From Fibrobacter succinogenes subsp. succinogenes S85 (lineage in GTDB: Bacteria > Fibrobacterota > Fibrobacteria > Fibrobacterales > Fibrobacteraceae), in the NCBI RefSeq assembly GCF_000146505.1, contig NC_017448.1, forward strand, positions 2,190,001 to 2,222,000: a stretch of DNA of 32,000 nucleotides. The letters are read 5' to 3'. The notes beneath the pieces are model-generated. The model had not been told where the DNA came from, made no database searches, and worked only from the letters and a program-made list of their open reading frames with translations. Every line of letters begins with the position of its first letter. Positions within the stretch are counted from its first letter, which is position 1. This document shows positions 6,162 through 14,569 of this stretch, piece by piece. The translations under genes and the position numbers were made by a program.

Positions 6162-8030
6162 CTATGCGAGATTTTTCACAATAGCATTTAAACGCTTGAC
6201 CGATTCTTCAAAGCGGGCTTTTTCCCACTCCACGAATCCCTTGTCCACCGGATGGGCGCTATCGTAATCATCAAAAATCTTGCGACCGCGTTCATTATCG
6301 CGATCCAGGCCATGACTTACGCTATCAAACCATTCCTTGTCAAGTTGTCTGTAACGCTTGATTAAATCATCCATCGTCTCGGGGAGAGTCACGACACGCG
6401 CAATTTCCTTATTCGTATCGCCAAGCAGTTTACGCAATTCGCGCGGAGACTGCTTTGAAAGCGATTCGTCGCCTTCCACAAGCGTAAGCATCAGATCGAG
6501 CACATAACGTTCCAGATATTCACCATACGTCTTGATAGCATTCTGTCTCACGCGTTCGCGCAAGAAGTTTTCACCAAGACCGTCAATATCAGATTTCGTA
6601 TAAACGTCTTTGACCTTGCTCACCTGCAAGCGGTTGTACGCATCAAACACCAAGCGAGCCGTTTCAGGATTGTAAATCGAGTAGAACGTAGACGGCACAA
6701 TGCCTTTACCGCGGATAGCGTACTTGTACGCATTGCGATCGAGCGCATACGTGTTCTTTGCATAGTTCCAGCCCGGCACAATTTCGTTGAGGCGCGGAGC
6801 CACACCCACCAGCTGCGGGTCGCCCGCATGGATCAGCGAGAACGGGAACTTGAGTCGTTGCGGCAAAGTCGTGAGTCCACTTGCAATCAAAGTAAACGGA
6901 GACTCACGGAAATTCGACGGGAACTTGATATTCACGCCAAGACCGAAGAACATTCCCTGACCAGGCATTACTTCCTGGTCCGGCATGCGGCCCGTGTGAT
7001 TGCTACCGACGTTTGCACCGTAGCCCAAGTTGCCACAGCCTTCCGGCCAAAGCGCTGCAATCAAAAGCGAATGATGGTGCATCTGCGTCATCGGTCCCAT
7101 GTAAGAACTATTGACTTCACCTTCTTCGATATGGCAGCACGGTGCAATGATAGACGACTTCACAATTGCCTTGCAACCGACCTTGCAGCGACTCATGAGC
7201 ACGGAGCTCTGGACTTCAGCGCCCGTATGCACCTTAACGCCCATCTGCACATTCGTATTTTCGAGAATCACGGAATCGTAAACGTGGCTTGATTCTTCGA
7301 GAGAACTCATGATGATGGAATTGCGAATCTTCGCAGCACCCTCAATGCGGGAATGCGCACCAATCCAGCTATTGCGGATAATGTTCGTATTCGAAACGAC
7401 TGCGCCCTTCCCCACAATTCCAAACGGCAGCGCAAGTTCAGACCTGTACGTGCTGAGCATTTCAGTAAACGAATCCTGGACGCTCTGTTCTGCCTTGTGG
7501 AACAACTGCAAGTCAACAAGCTCCGTCGTGAGTTCCGGGAACACCAGCACCTCACGGCCACCCATCTCGTTACCCACGTTGATAGACGAACCGACCATGT
7601 AATTGATCTTGCCGCTACTGACAAGCGTTCCTACATTCTGCACAACCGCGCTACTGCGCACAAGTACATTGCTCAACGTCGAGACCTTGTAAATCAAGGC
7701 GTTCTCGATAATGCAGTTGTGGACCATGCAATCGTAAATACCTGTAGCGACCGAAATATCGCCCGGCAAGAGGAGCGTGCCAAAGAATTTCGGGAGGCGC
7801 ACATCGCCCATAAAACTTGAACGGAAAATGCGGTTCGGGTCAAAGTCAGGTTCAACCAGTACCTTTGACCAGTCGTCGCAATTGTTCCCGTTTTTCTCCA
7901 AAATCTGGATTTCAAAAGCCGTCATCGGACGGTACTTGCCAGTCGCTGATTTGATGGCCTTAAAATTTTCGACCGAAGTAGCCAAAACACTGCTCTTCAG
8001 CGCTTTTTTCAATTTTAACAATCGCTGCAT
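6162..8030 (-). CDS. DUF4954-like beta-helix repeat protein
   Basis: About 620 aa. N-terminal segment ...MTAFEIQILEKNGNNCDDWSKVLV is followed by long hexapeptide-like repeats and a helical C-terminus. This matches my recollection of the Bacteroidota DUF4954 family but is not verified. Start is ATG 8028-8030. Confidence 0.5.
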   Translation of the reverse strand: MQRLLKLKKALKSSVLATSVENFKAIKSATGKYRPMTAFEIQILEKNGNNCDDWSKVLVEPDFDPNRIFRSSFMGDVRLPKFFGTLLLPGDISVATGIYDCMVHNCIIENALIYKVSTLSNVLVRSSAVVQNVGTLVSSGKINYMVGSSINVGNEMGGREVLVFPELTTELVDLQLFHKAEQSVQDSFTEMLSTYRSELALPFGIVGKGAVVSNTNIIRNSWIGAHSRIEGAAKIRNSIIMSSLEESSHVYDSVILENTNVQMGVKVHTGAEVQSSVLMSRCKVGCKAIVKSSIIAPCCHIEEGEVNSSYMGPMTQMHHHSLLIAALWPEGCGNLGYGANVGSNHTGRMPDQEVMPGQGMFFGLGVNIKFPSNFRESPFTLIASGLTTLPQRLKFPFSLIHAGDPQLVGVAPRLNEIVPGWNYAKNTYALDRNAYKYAIRGKGIVPSTFYSIYNPETARLVFDAYNRLQVSKVKDVYTKSDIDGLGENFLRERVRQNAIKTYGEYLERYVLDLMLTLVEGDESLSKQSPRELRKLLGDTNKEIARVVTLPETMDDLIKRYRQLDKEWFDSVSHGLDRDNERGRKIFDDYDSAHPVDKGFVEWEKARFEESVKRLNAIVKNLA

Positions 8031-8058
8031 GGTTAAAAAATAGACTAAATTAGGGACG

Positions 8059-8523
8059 ATGATGAAGGAACAACTCTTCAACTTGATTAAAAAACATCAA
8101 TACAATATCTCCATCTATACCGAAGATATTTTTGAGAGACGTTGTCAGGAAGAAATTATCCGCAGTGACGAGGATAAGAGTTCCTTCGTGTATATAGAGT
8201 TTGATTTCGAGTCCATCAATATCACTCTCGCCAACGAGAGCAACTCCCACCAGTTCTGGAGCATTTTCTTAGAGACGCTTTCACAGAACAAGCGCGGAAA
8301 CGATGTTCTCGGATTCCTTGAACACGAAAGCGGAATCGGACTATTGCTGCTGGACTCCAAGCTCGACGGCTGGACACGCCTTGTCGGTCGCTTCATCCGT
8401 ACCGCAAGCAAGCACAATTTTGAAATCATGAACCTTGTGCTTGAAAAAAACGTGAAGCCCATCGTCTACCCGAGCTGCATCCAGGATATCCAGGCACAGC
8501 AGGCCGCAAAGCAGGAACAATGA
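8059..8523 (+). CDS. Hypothetical protein, 154 aa
   Basis: Divergent from the DUF4954-like gene with only a 28-bp gap. Its stop overlaps the GT4 start (ATGA at 8520). There is only weak by-eye resemblance to a degenerate GGDEF-type fold (RGNDVLGFLEHESGIGLLLLD). Confidence 0.5.
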   Translation: MMKEQLFNLIKKHQYNISIYTEDIFERRCQEEIIRSDEDKSSFVYIEFDFESINITLANESNSHQFWSIFLETLSQNKRGNDVLGFLEHESGIGLLLLDSKLDGWTRLVGRFIRTASKHNFEIMNLVLEKNVKPIVYPSCIQDIQAQQAAKQEQ

Positions 8524-9728
8524 AAGTCCTCGTCATAGGCTCCGTCTATCCAAGATTTCAAGAAGATGCCGAAGTTCCCTGGCTGCGCACTTCCATCGCG
8601 CATTTGAAAAAAGCGGGCGTTGAAATCCAGGTACTCGCTCCTGCATACAAAGGACTCAAGAGCCACGACATTGACGGAACGCACGTGAACCGCTTCCGTT
8701 ACGCACCCGCAAGCTGGGAAATCCTCACGCACGAAGAAGGCGCCCCAAGCAAGATGGCCTCCAAGCCATGGTTGCAACTGCTCGCCATCCCTTACATCAT
8801 CAACGGATTTTTTCAGTGCATCAGGATTTGCCGCAAGTGGCGCCCTGACGTGATTCACGCGCACTGGCCGTTTCCGCACGCTTACATTGCACTCGGTGCG
8901 GCCAAGCTTTTTAAAATTCCGCTCGTACTGAACTTCCATGGTGCAGAACTCCTGCTCATCCGCAAAAAGAAGTGGGTCAAACCGCTCCTGAAATTTGCCA
9001 TCGGACAGGCTCAGGCGATCTTTGCAAACTCAAGTTTCACCGCCGGAAAAATCAAGGCGCTCCGCAACGTAGACGTTGAATGGAGTCCGTACGGAACTAC
9101 GCTAGAGACGAGTAGGTTGCAAGGTGAGTGTCGCAACGGCAAATTCAAAATTCTCTTTGTCGGGCGGCACATCGAACGCAAGGGAATCTGCTACCTCATC
9201 GAAGCCGCGAAATACCTGCCCAGAGACAAGTTCGAAATCCGCATTGTCGGTGTCGGTGACTTGACCGAACAGCTTAAGCAGCAAGCAGCTTTATTAGACG
9301 AGAGACAAAAGACGAAAGACGAGAGAGGGGCCGAAATCATTTTCACGGGAAAGCTTTCTCCTGAAGATCTCGCAAACGAATACCGCACGGCAAACGTCTT
9401 TACGCTACCGGCCATCGTTGATCACAAGGGTGACACCGAAGGACTCGGGGTCGTGCTCATCGAAGCGATGGAACTTGGACTGCCGATTGTTGCAAGCAAT
9501 GTCGGTGGCATCCCGGATGTCGTTGTCAATGGAGAGTCCGGAATTCTCGTTCCTGAAAAAGACCCTGTTGCACTTGCCAATGCCTTCAAGCGTCTCGAAG
9601 CAGACCCGACATTGATTCAAAAACTCCTTGCCGGCGCCCGCAAACGCATTGACAAATGCTTCACCTGGGACGGCATCATCGAACGCCAGGTTGAAGTGTA
9701 CAAGAAAGTAGTAGACAGTAGGAAGTAG
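8520..9728 (+). CDS. Glycosyltransferase family 4 (GT-B)
   Basis: C-terminal signature EGLGVVLIEAMELGLPIVASNVGGIPDVVVNGESGILVP. The N-terminal domain (VLAPAY.., HAHWPFPH) is typical of GT4. Confidence 0.85.
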   Translation: MKVLVIGSVYPRFQEDAEVPWLRTSIAHLKKAGVEIQVLAPAYKGLKSHDIDGTHVNRFRYAPASWEILTHEEGAPSKMASKPWLQLLAIPYIINGFFQCIRICRKWRPDVIHAHWPFPHAYIALGAAKLFKIPLVLNFHGAELLLIRKKKWVKPLLKFAIGQAQAIFANSSFTAGKIKALRNVDVEWSPYGTTLETSRLQGECRNGKFKILFVGRHIERKGICYLIEAAKYLPRDKFEIRIVGVGDLTEQLKQQAALLDERQKTKDERGAEIIFTGKLSPEDLANEYRTANVFTLPAIVDHKGDTEGLGVVLIEAMELGLPIVASNVGGIPDVVVNGESGILVPEKDPVALANAFKRLEADPTLIQKLLAGARKRIDKCFTWDGIIERQVEVYKKVVDSRK

Positions 9729-9746
9729 GAAGTAGGAAGTTAGAAG
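9719..9746 (+). repeat. (TAGGAAG)x3 + TTAGAAG heptamer array
   Basis: Read directly. The GT4 stop codon (9726-9728) is the second TAG. TAGs at 9719, 9726 and 9733 fall in all three frames. Confidence 0.9.
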
Positions 9747-9766
9747 TAAAAACAGATAAAAAATAA

Positions 9767-9792
9767 CCGCGATTCTTCGCGGCATTTTTTTT
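9767..9792. terminator. Bidirectional intrinsic terminator between convergent genes
   Basis: Hairpin CCGCGA-TTCT-TCGCGG (9767-9782), flanked by an A-run upstream and T8 downstream (9785-9792). Confidence 0.7.
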
Positions 9793-9810
9793 GATATTTC
9801 CAGTAATTAA

Positions 9811-10236
9811 TTACTTGACCTTAAATCCGGCTTTTTCGAAAGCAAGCTTGTTTTCCGGATTCTTCATAGCCACATTCGTAATCCAGTCAAATTCCGCAAT
9901 GCCACCCTGCAAGCCTGCACGAGTGCAAAGCTGGTCACGAGCCACATTGTAGGCATTGAGAATCTGGATCTTTTCAAAATCCTTGGCATTGTCAATTTTC
10001 CCAGACCACATCACGCCAAGTTCAACAAGCCCATTGCTTGCCTTTGCGTAAGTGATTGCCTTTTCAACAGTGATATTGGATTTTGCAGGAGCCGTAAACG
10101 GAAGCACAGGAACAATCGGCTGCGACTGCGGCAGCACGACCTGGTTTGATGGTTTTGCTTCCGGCTGCTTGTCAGAACAGGAAACAAAAAAAGAGGCGAT
10201 TGCCAAAATGGAAATTACTAGAATTTTTTTTGACAT
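9811..10236 (-). CDS. Hypothetical lipoprotein
   Basis: Signal peptide with lipobox (LAIASFFVSC). 141 aa. Confidence 0.7.
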   Translation of the reverse strand: MSKKILVISILAIASFFVSCSDKQPEAKPSNQVVLPQSQPIVPVLPFTAPAKSNITVEKAITYAKASNGLVELGVMWSGKIDNAKDFEKIQILNAYNVARDQLCTRAGLQGGIAEFDWITNVAMKNPENKLAFEKAGFKVK

Positions 10237-10257
10237 GCTCGCCTCTTTTTTTTGTAA

Positions 10258-10329
10258 TAGCGGTTCAGGGATTTGAACCCCGGACCAATGGATTATGATT
10301 CCAGTGCTCTACCGCTGAGCTAAACCGCC
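10258..10329 (-). tRNA. tRNA with CAT anticodon (elongator Met, or Ile2 if lysidine-modified)
   Basis: The minus-strand sequence GGCGGTTTAGCTCAGCGGTAGAGCACTGGAATCATAATCCATTGGTCCGGGGTTCAAATCCCTGAACCGCTA folds as a cloverleaf: 7-bp acceptor stem with one G-U, GCTC/GAGC D stem, GGTTCAAATCC T arm. CCA is not encoded. The anticodon stem lacks the three G-C pairs of initiator tRNA. Confidence 0.85.
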
Positions 10330-10364
10330 ATTGATTGCAAATTTAGTAAATGATTTCAGGAATT

Positions 10365-11114
10365 TCAAGGGGTATTTGAAAAATAAACCTTTGTTTCCAT
10401 AAAATTTTCGCCCCACTCTATCAGGCGCCAGCGCGGTGCAGCCGAACTCAGACAAAATACCGTAATGTTTGGGTCAATCTGCATCTGCGTCGACGGCGTG
10501 ACATACACAGTCTTGTCTTCAAGCTGGATAGTCATCTCGCTGTGGTAATGCCCGACAAAAATATGCTTAAGATTCTTAATCTTCGAAAGCGTCGCCTGGA
10601 CTTCGGCAATATTCTTCATCGAATATCTCAAATCCATGAACTTGTGGCCGCAAAGGCAAGGCGGGTGATGGAGGAACAGCAGGACTTCACCATCAATTTT
10701 AGCCGTCTCCTGCTCAAGCCATGAAAGCTGATCGGACGAAACCGTGCCGTCTGCACTATCCAAGAAGAAAATCGAACGTCCGTCGAGATCGTAGCGGTAA
10801 TAGCACTTTCCGTTATGGACCTTGTCCTTCAAGTCAAAGACCTTTTCCATGACTTCAAGATTGTCGTGATTTCCAGGAATAATGCAGACCGGGACCTTGC
10901 TGTCCTTGATGACACCGGCAATGAAAGAATAGGCGTCTGTGGACGCATTGTCGGCCAAGTCTCCAGAAAGCACCAAAAGGTCCAAATCCTTCATGGATTC
11001 GGAATTATAGGCCGTAAGGAAATTCTTGCGAACATCGATATCCTGCACAAGGCGGTCATCGTCACCGATGTGCGCATCCGATATCTGACCTATCTTGAGT
11101 ACTTTCTTTTCCAT
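10365..11114 (-). CDS. Calcineurin-like metallophosphoesterase (CpdA-type cyclic-nucleotide phosphodiesterase family)
   Basis: Ordered motifs DAHIGD, GDLADN, GNHDN, HHPP and GHYH. Start taken at ATG 11112-11114 (MEKKVLKIGQ...). Confidence 0.8.
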   Translation of the reverse strand: MEKKVLKIGQISDAHIGDDDRLVQDIDVRKNFLTAYNSESMKDLDLLVLSGDLADNASTDAYSFIAGVIKDSKVPVCIIPGNHDNLEVMEKVFDLKDKVHNGKCYYRYDLDGRSIFFLDSADGTVSSDQLSWLEQETAKIDGEVLLFLHHPPCLCGHKFMDLRYSMKNIAEVQATLSKIKNLKHIFVGHYHSEMTIQLEDKTVYVTPSTQMQIDPNITVFCLSSAAPRWRLIEWGENFMETKVYFSNTP

Positions 11115-11455
11115 ACAACTACGTAGAATATACATGAATATAGCTATTGAGACACGAAAATGAAAAGTTTGTCCGTTTTTTTATGCATTTTGTGATGACA
11201 GGCATACTTTTGTGAACTTTGTCACACAATCTTCAACATACTTTCGTGACCATTTCGTGAATTAACATTGAAAACTCTGGTTCAACATCTATCAACGTTG
11301 AAAAAAGTGAATAGATTTTAAATTTTCAACATTAATCCACATTTTGTTTATTTCTGTAACTCGTTGATTTTCATAGAGTTACATTTTTGATTTCAAATTT
11401 TTATCCACTATTCACTACATTAAATATTAAATACTATATATAAATATATCTAATA

Positions 11456-11833
11456 TTATTTAATAGAGGTGGTTGATTGTTTTTCCTTCTTGCCTGCAGG
11501 CGTTTCGTTCATGTCGCAAGCACCCTGGAAGATGGCTCCTTCGTTGATGACGAGCTGTTCTGCCTTTACATTACCGATTATTTTGGCATTGTCCTGTAGA
11601 ATGAGCTTTCCGTTGCATTCTACATTTCCCTTGATAGCACCTGCAAGAATAGCGGTGCCACACTTGACATCGCCTTCTATAATTGCAAGCTTTTCGAGAA
11701 TCAGTTCTCCGTCAATAAAGACGTTTCCATAAACCTTTCCGGCGATGCGCAAATCCGTTTTTCCGGCAATATCTCCATTGACCTGGACACTTCTACCAAC
11801 TTGAGTAAATTCCTGTTCGTTTTTGCTCGCCAT
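11456..11833 (-). CDS. Bactofilin (polymer-forming cytoskeletal protein)
   Basis: 125 aa of repetitive beta-helix pattern (G.V.G.I......I.G.V.GNV) with a short Lys/Glu-rich tail. SD is AAAGGGGAAAATT-ATG. Confidence 0.85.
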   Translation of the reverse strand: MASKNEQEFTQVGRSVQVNGDIAGKTDLRIAGKVYGNVFIDGELILEKLAIIEGDVKCGTAILAGAIKGNVECNGKLILQDNAKIIGNVKAEQLVINEGAIFQGACDMNETPAGKKEKQSTTSIK

Positions 11834-11862
11834 AATTTTCCCCTTTCTTATTTGGCTATCTT

Positions 11863-12663
11863 CTAGTATGTAAATATCGTTTCCGGATCTTGCGGCAGGT
11901 TATTCTTGGTAATGGAATAATGCAAGTGCGGACCGCTCGTGTTGCCAGTGTCGCCTACATAACCGATAACATCGCCTTTTGTGACATTCGCTCCTCTTCG
12001 GGTTCTGATACTCTTGAGGTGTGAATAAGACGATTTGTAACCGTTCTGGTGGTCGATGACAATAGTGTTTCCAAGGTCGCCGCTATTACCTGCAAATGTG
12101 ACCTTGCCGCTACCCGATGCAAAGACCGGGTTCCCCTTGCGTGCAGAAATGTCAATTCCCAGGTGCTTGTTTTCATACGAGAATTTTTTGCTGATGATAC
12201 CTACGGCCGGGATGACGTTCGGGATGCGTTCCAAGCGAATTTTTTCGTCGGTCGTAAGCCAGTTGTGTATCCCTTCGAAGTCGATTTGGTTTTTCGCTGA
12301 AGGCACGTGCGCAAATCGGTTGCGTTCTATAATGCTGTTAATCTTGTTGGAGTCGTTTTCAAGGAATGTCTCGAAAATATTCTGGATTCGGTTTTCCATG
12401 ATCCACAGTGAATCAAGTCTCGAGAAGAACTCTTCGTAGTTCGCGTTCTGCTTCACGAGCTGTGCGTTGTGTACGCGCATCTTTTCATAATTTGCGAGAG
12501 TCTTGTTGATTTTTGCAATGTGGACTATGAATAAAATAAGTATGATGGCAACAAGGACAAGCCCGACATTGAACAAGACAAATTGCTTGTTCGAAATGCG
12601 GAACTTTCTTGCACCGGTCGTGTTTTCCGGAATAATCTGGATGGTGTAATACTTACGACTCAC
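11863..12663 (-). CDS. M23 (LytM-type) peptidase with N-terminal TM helix and coiled coil
   Basis: HLGIDISA, GNTIVIDHQNGYKSSYSHL, GYVGDTGNTSGPHLHYSI. GTG start lies 10 nt after the parB stop. Confidence 0.85.
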   Translation of the reverse strand: MSRKYYTIQIIPENTTGARKFRISNKQFVLFNVGLVLVAIILILFIVHIAKINKTLANYEKMRVHNAQLVKQNANYEEFFSRLDSLWIMENRIQNIFETFLENDSNKINSIIERNRFAHVPSAKNQIDFEGIHNWLTTDEKIRLERIPNVIPAVGIISKKFSYENKHLGIDISARKGNPVFASGSGKVTFAGNSGDLGNTIVIDHQNGYKSSYSHLKSIRTRRGANVTKGDVIGYVGDTGNTSGPHLHYSITKNNLPQDPETIFTY

Positions 12664-12673
12664 GATTTTACCG

Positions 12674-13672
12674 TTAGCGATTGTCCATTATTTCCTGGAT
12701 TCTTGTCAGGTCGTCCATGGAATAATAGTTGATGACGATGGTGCCTCTAGTCTGGTCCTTGGCGTTCGGGTTGAGTGCGACCTTTGTACCGAAGAATGTT
12801 TCGAGCCTGTTTTCGAAGTTCTTGAGGTCAGCGCTGAGTTCCGGCTTCGGTCTCGGTTCGCTGCCGTGGACTTCCGGCATTTCATCTTCTTCGGGAGTAG
12901 ATGCGCCATTTTCCGGTTCAGCTTCTTTCGTCTCTCCCTCGTCTCTCGTCTGGGCGAACGGATCTTCACCGCGGGCAATAGCTTCGATCTGGCGAACGTT
13001 CAAGCCTTCTTCGATGACGCGCTTTGCGAGAGCTTCCGGGTCTGCAATTTTTTCACTGCAGAGAGCACGGGCGGCACCGCCTGCAAGTTTGCCTTCTTGG
13101 ATCCAGGCTTGCACCTGGTTCGGGAGTTTCAAGAGACGAAGTGCGTTCGTGATGGCAGAACGGGACTTGCCGACCGTCTTGGCCAAGTCGTCGTGCGTGT
13201 AGTTGTGGTTGTCGATCAACTGCTGGTAGGATTGTGCCACTTCAATCGGGTTCAAGTCCACGCGCTGGATGTTCTCGATGAGAGCCCATTCGCTCATGGT
13301 CTTGTCGTCAAGATTGTCGTAAACCTGAGCCTTGATGGTTCTGCAGTTGGCAAGTTTCGATGCACGAGTACGGCGTTCACCGCTGATGATTTGATAACGG
13401 TCGCCCACCTTGCGGACAGCAATCGGCTGGATAAGGCCGTGCTTTTCGATGGTTTCAGCAAGTTCGACAAGTTCATCGTCGTCGAAGAACTTGCGCGGCT
13501 GGAACGGGTTCGGGTCAATCAAGTCAATGTTGATTTCGACGATTTTCTGATTGTCCGTATTTACGTTTTCAGTAGCTCCGGTATTGTTGATGGCGTTATC
13601 GACAGAGTTGCCGAGAACATCGTGTGCCTTAAAAATTGCAGAGAGACCGCGACCAAGTGCTTGTTTACCCAT
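12674..13672 (-). CDS. parB: Chromosome partitioning protein ParB/Spo0J
   Basis: GRGLSAIF box, IQPIAVRK...YQIISGERRTRASKLA (ParB box/CTPase motif), an HTH region, and a C-terminal dimerisation domain after an acidic linker. Confidence 0.95.
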   Translation of the reverse strand: MGKQALGRGLSAIFKAHDVLGNSVDNAINNTGATENVNTDNQKIVEINIDLIDPNPFQPRKFFDDDELVELAETIEKHGLIQPIAVRKVGDRYQIISGERRTRASKLANCRTIKAQVYDNLDDKTMSEWALIENIQRVDLNPIEVAQSYQQLIDNHNYTHDDLAKTVGKSRSAITNALRLLKLPNQVQAWIQEGKLAGGAARALCSEKIADPEALAKRVIEEGLNVRQIEAIARGEDPFAQTRDEGETKEAEPENGASTPEEDEMPEVHGSEPRPKPELSADLKNFENRLETFFGTKVALNPNAKDQTRGTIVINYYSMDDLTRIQEIMDNR

Positions 13673-13686
13673 TTTTTAGTTCTCAG

Positions 13687-13786
13687 TTAGTAGTTAATAG
13701 TTGCTAGAATATTTAGTTGGCAGAACTTAGACCGCTTCGCTCTTAGAACTTAGAAAAAAATACTAAGCTCTAAGCTCTAAGTTCTA
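13687..13786. repeat. TAG/CTA-word palindromic spacer between parA and parB
   Basis: Plus strand: TTAGTAG TTAATAG TTGCTAG (13687-13707) ... CTTAGAACTTAG-A7-TA-CTAAGCT CTAAGCT CTAAGTT CTA (13763-13786). TAGAACTTAG (13744-13753) is complementary to CTAAGTTCTA (13777-13786). The parA stop (13784-13786) is the first TAG of the minus-strand array. Confidence 0.8.
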
Positions 13787-14569
13787 TTTTTCCTTATTCA
13801 GTATTTCTTCGGCGAGCTTCATGTACGACTGCGAGCCTGTGCTCTGTACATCGTAAAGGATGACCGGCTTGCCATGGGACGGGGCTTCGGAGAGTTTCAC
13901 GTTGCGCGGGATCATCGTCTGGAAAACGGTGTCGCTCAAGTTCTCGCGAACTTCTTCAGCGACCTGCTTTGAAAGGCTCAGACGGGAATCGTACATCGTG
14001 AGGAGGGCGCCTTCGATTTTCAAGTTGGAGTTCAGATTCTTCTGGACTTCACGGATGGTCTTGAAAAGTTCAGTCATACCTTGCAATGCATAATATTCAC
14101 ACTGCACCGGAATGAGCACGCTTGTTGCGGCCGTCAGTGTATTAATTGTGAGTAAGTTCAGGCTCGGAGGAGCGTCGATGATGATAAAATCGAACTCCTG
14201 CTTGAGAACGTTCATCACGCGTTCGAGTCTGCGTTCGCGGCTCATGGCGTTGACAAGTTCAATTTCCATGACGGCAAGGTCCGGTCCAGAAGTGATGACC
14301 TTGAGGTATTCAAGCGACGTGTCCAAGATGGCGGGCTTGATATTTTCGAGCGTGAGATTGTCCGGATTACCAGCCATGTCCAGAATTTCGTGGATATCCA
14401 TGTCCTGGGATTCCATGAAACCGAGACCTTGAGAGGCATTACCCTGCGGGTCCATGTCTAAAAGAAGTGTCTTCTTTTCAAGGGCTGCAAAACTCGCGGC
14501 CAAGTTCACGGCCGTAGTAGTTTTACCGACGCCACCTTTTTGGTTGCATATGGCGATAATTTTACTCAT
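13784..14569 (-). CDS. parA: Chromosome partitioning ATPase ParA/Soj
   Basis: Deviant Walker A (MSKIIAICNQKGGVGKTTTAVNLA), DMDPQGNAS, IIIDAPPSL. Confidence 0.95.
   Translation of the reverse strand: MSKIIAICNQKGGVGKTTTAVNLAASFAALEKKTLLLDMDPQGNASQGLGFMESQDMDIHEILDMAGNPDNLTLENIKPAILDTSLEYLKVITSGPDLAVMEIELVNAMSRERRLERVMNVLKQEFDFIIIDAPPSLNLLTINTLTAATSVLIPVQCEYYALQGMTELFKTIREVQKNLNSNLKIEGALLTMYDSRLSLSKQVAEEVRENLSDTVFQTMIPRNVKLSEAPSHGKPVILYDVQSTGSQSYMKLAEEILNKEK

Noticed and set aside
11401-11416. TTATCCACT / CTATTCACT as firm DnaA boxes
   Set aside because: On the minus strand the same bases read TAGTGAA TAGTGGA TAA, i.e. a member of the TAG-word trailer class directly after the bactofilin stop. 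The match may be coincidental, so it is kept only as a caveat in the oriC candidate finding.
12866-13690. 274-aa plus-strand ORF, and similar long antisense ORFs (4725-5429, 6828-7292, 7353-7820, 25492-26091, 27742-28311, 16186-16662)
   Set aside because: Each lies fully inside a well-supported gene on the opposite strand (parB, the BatD-like gene, the DUF4954-like gene, Fe-ADH/TPR, the phosphatase, the lipoprotein) and shows no motifs.
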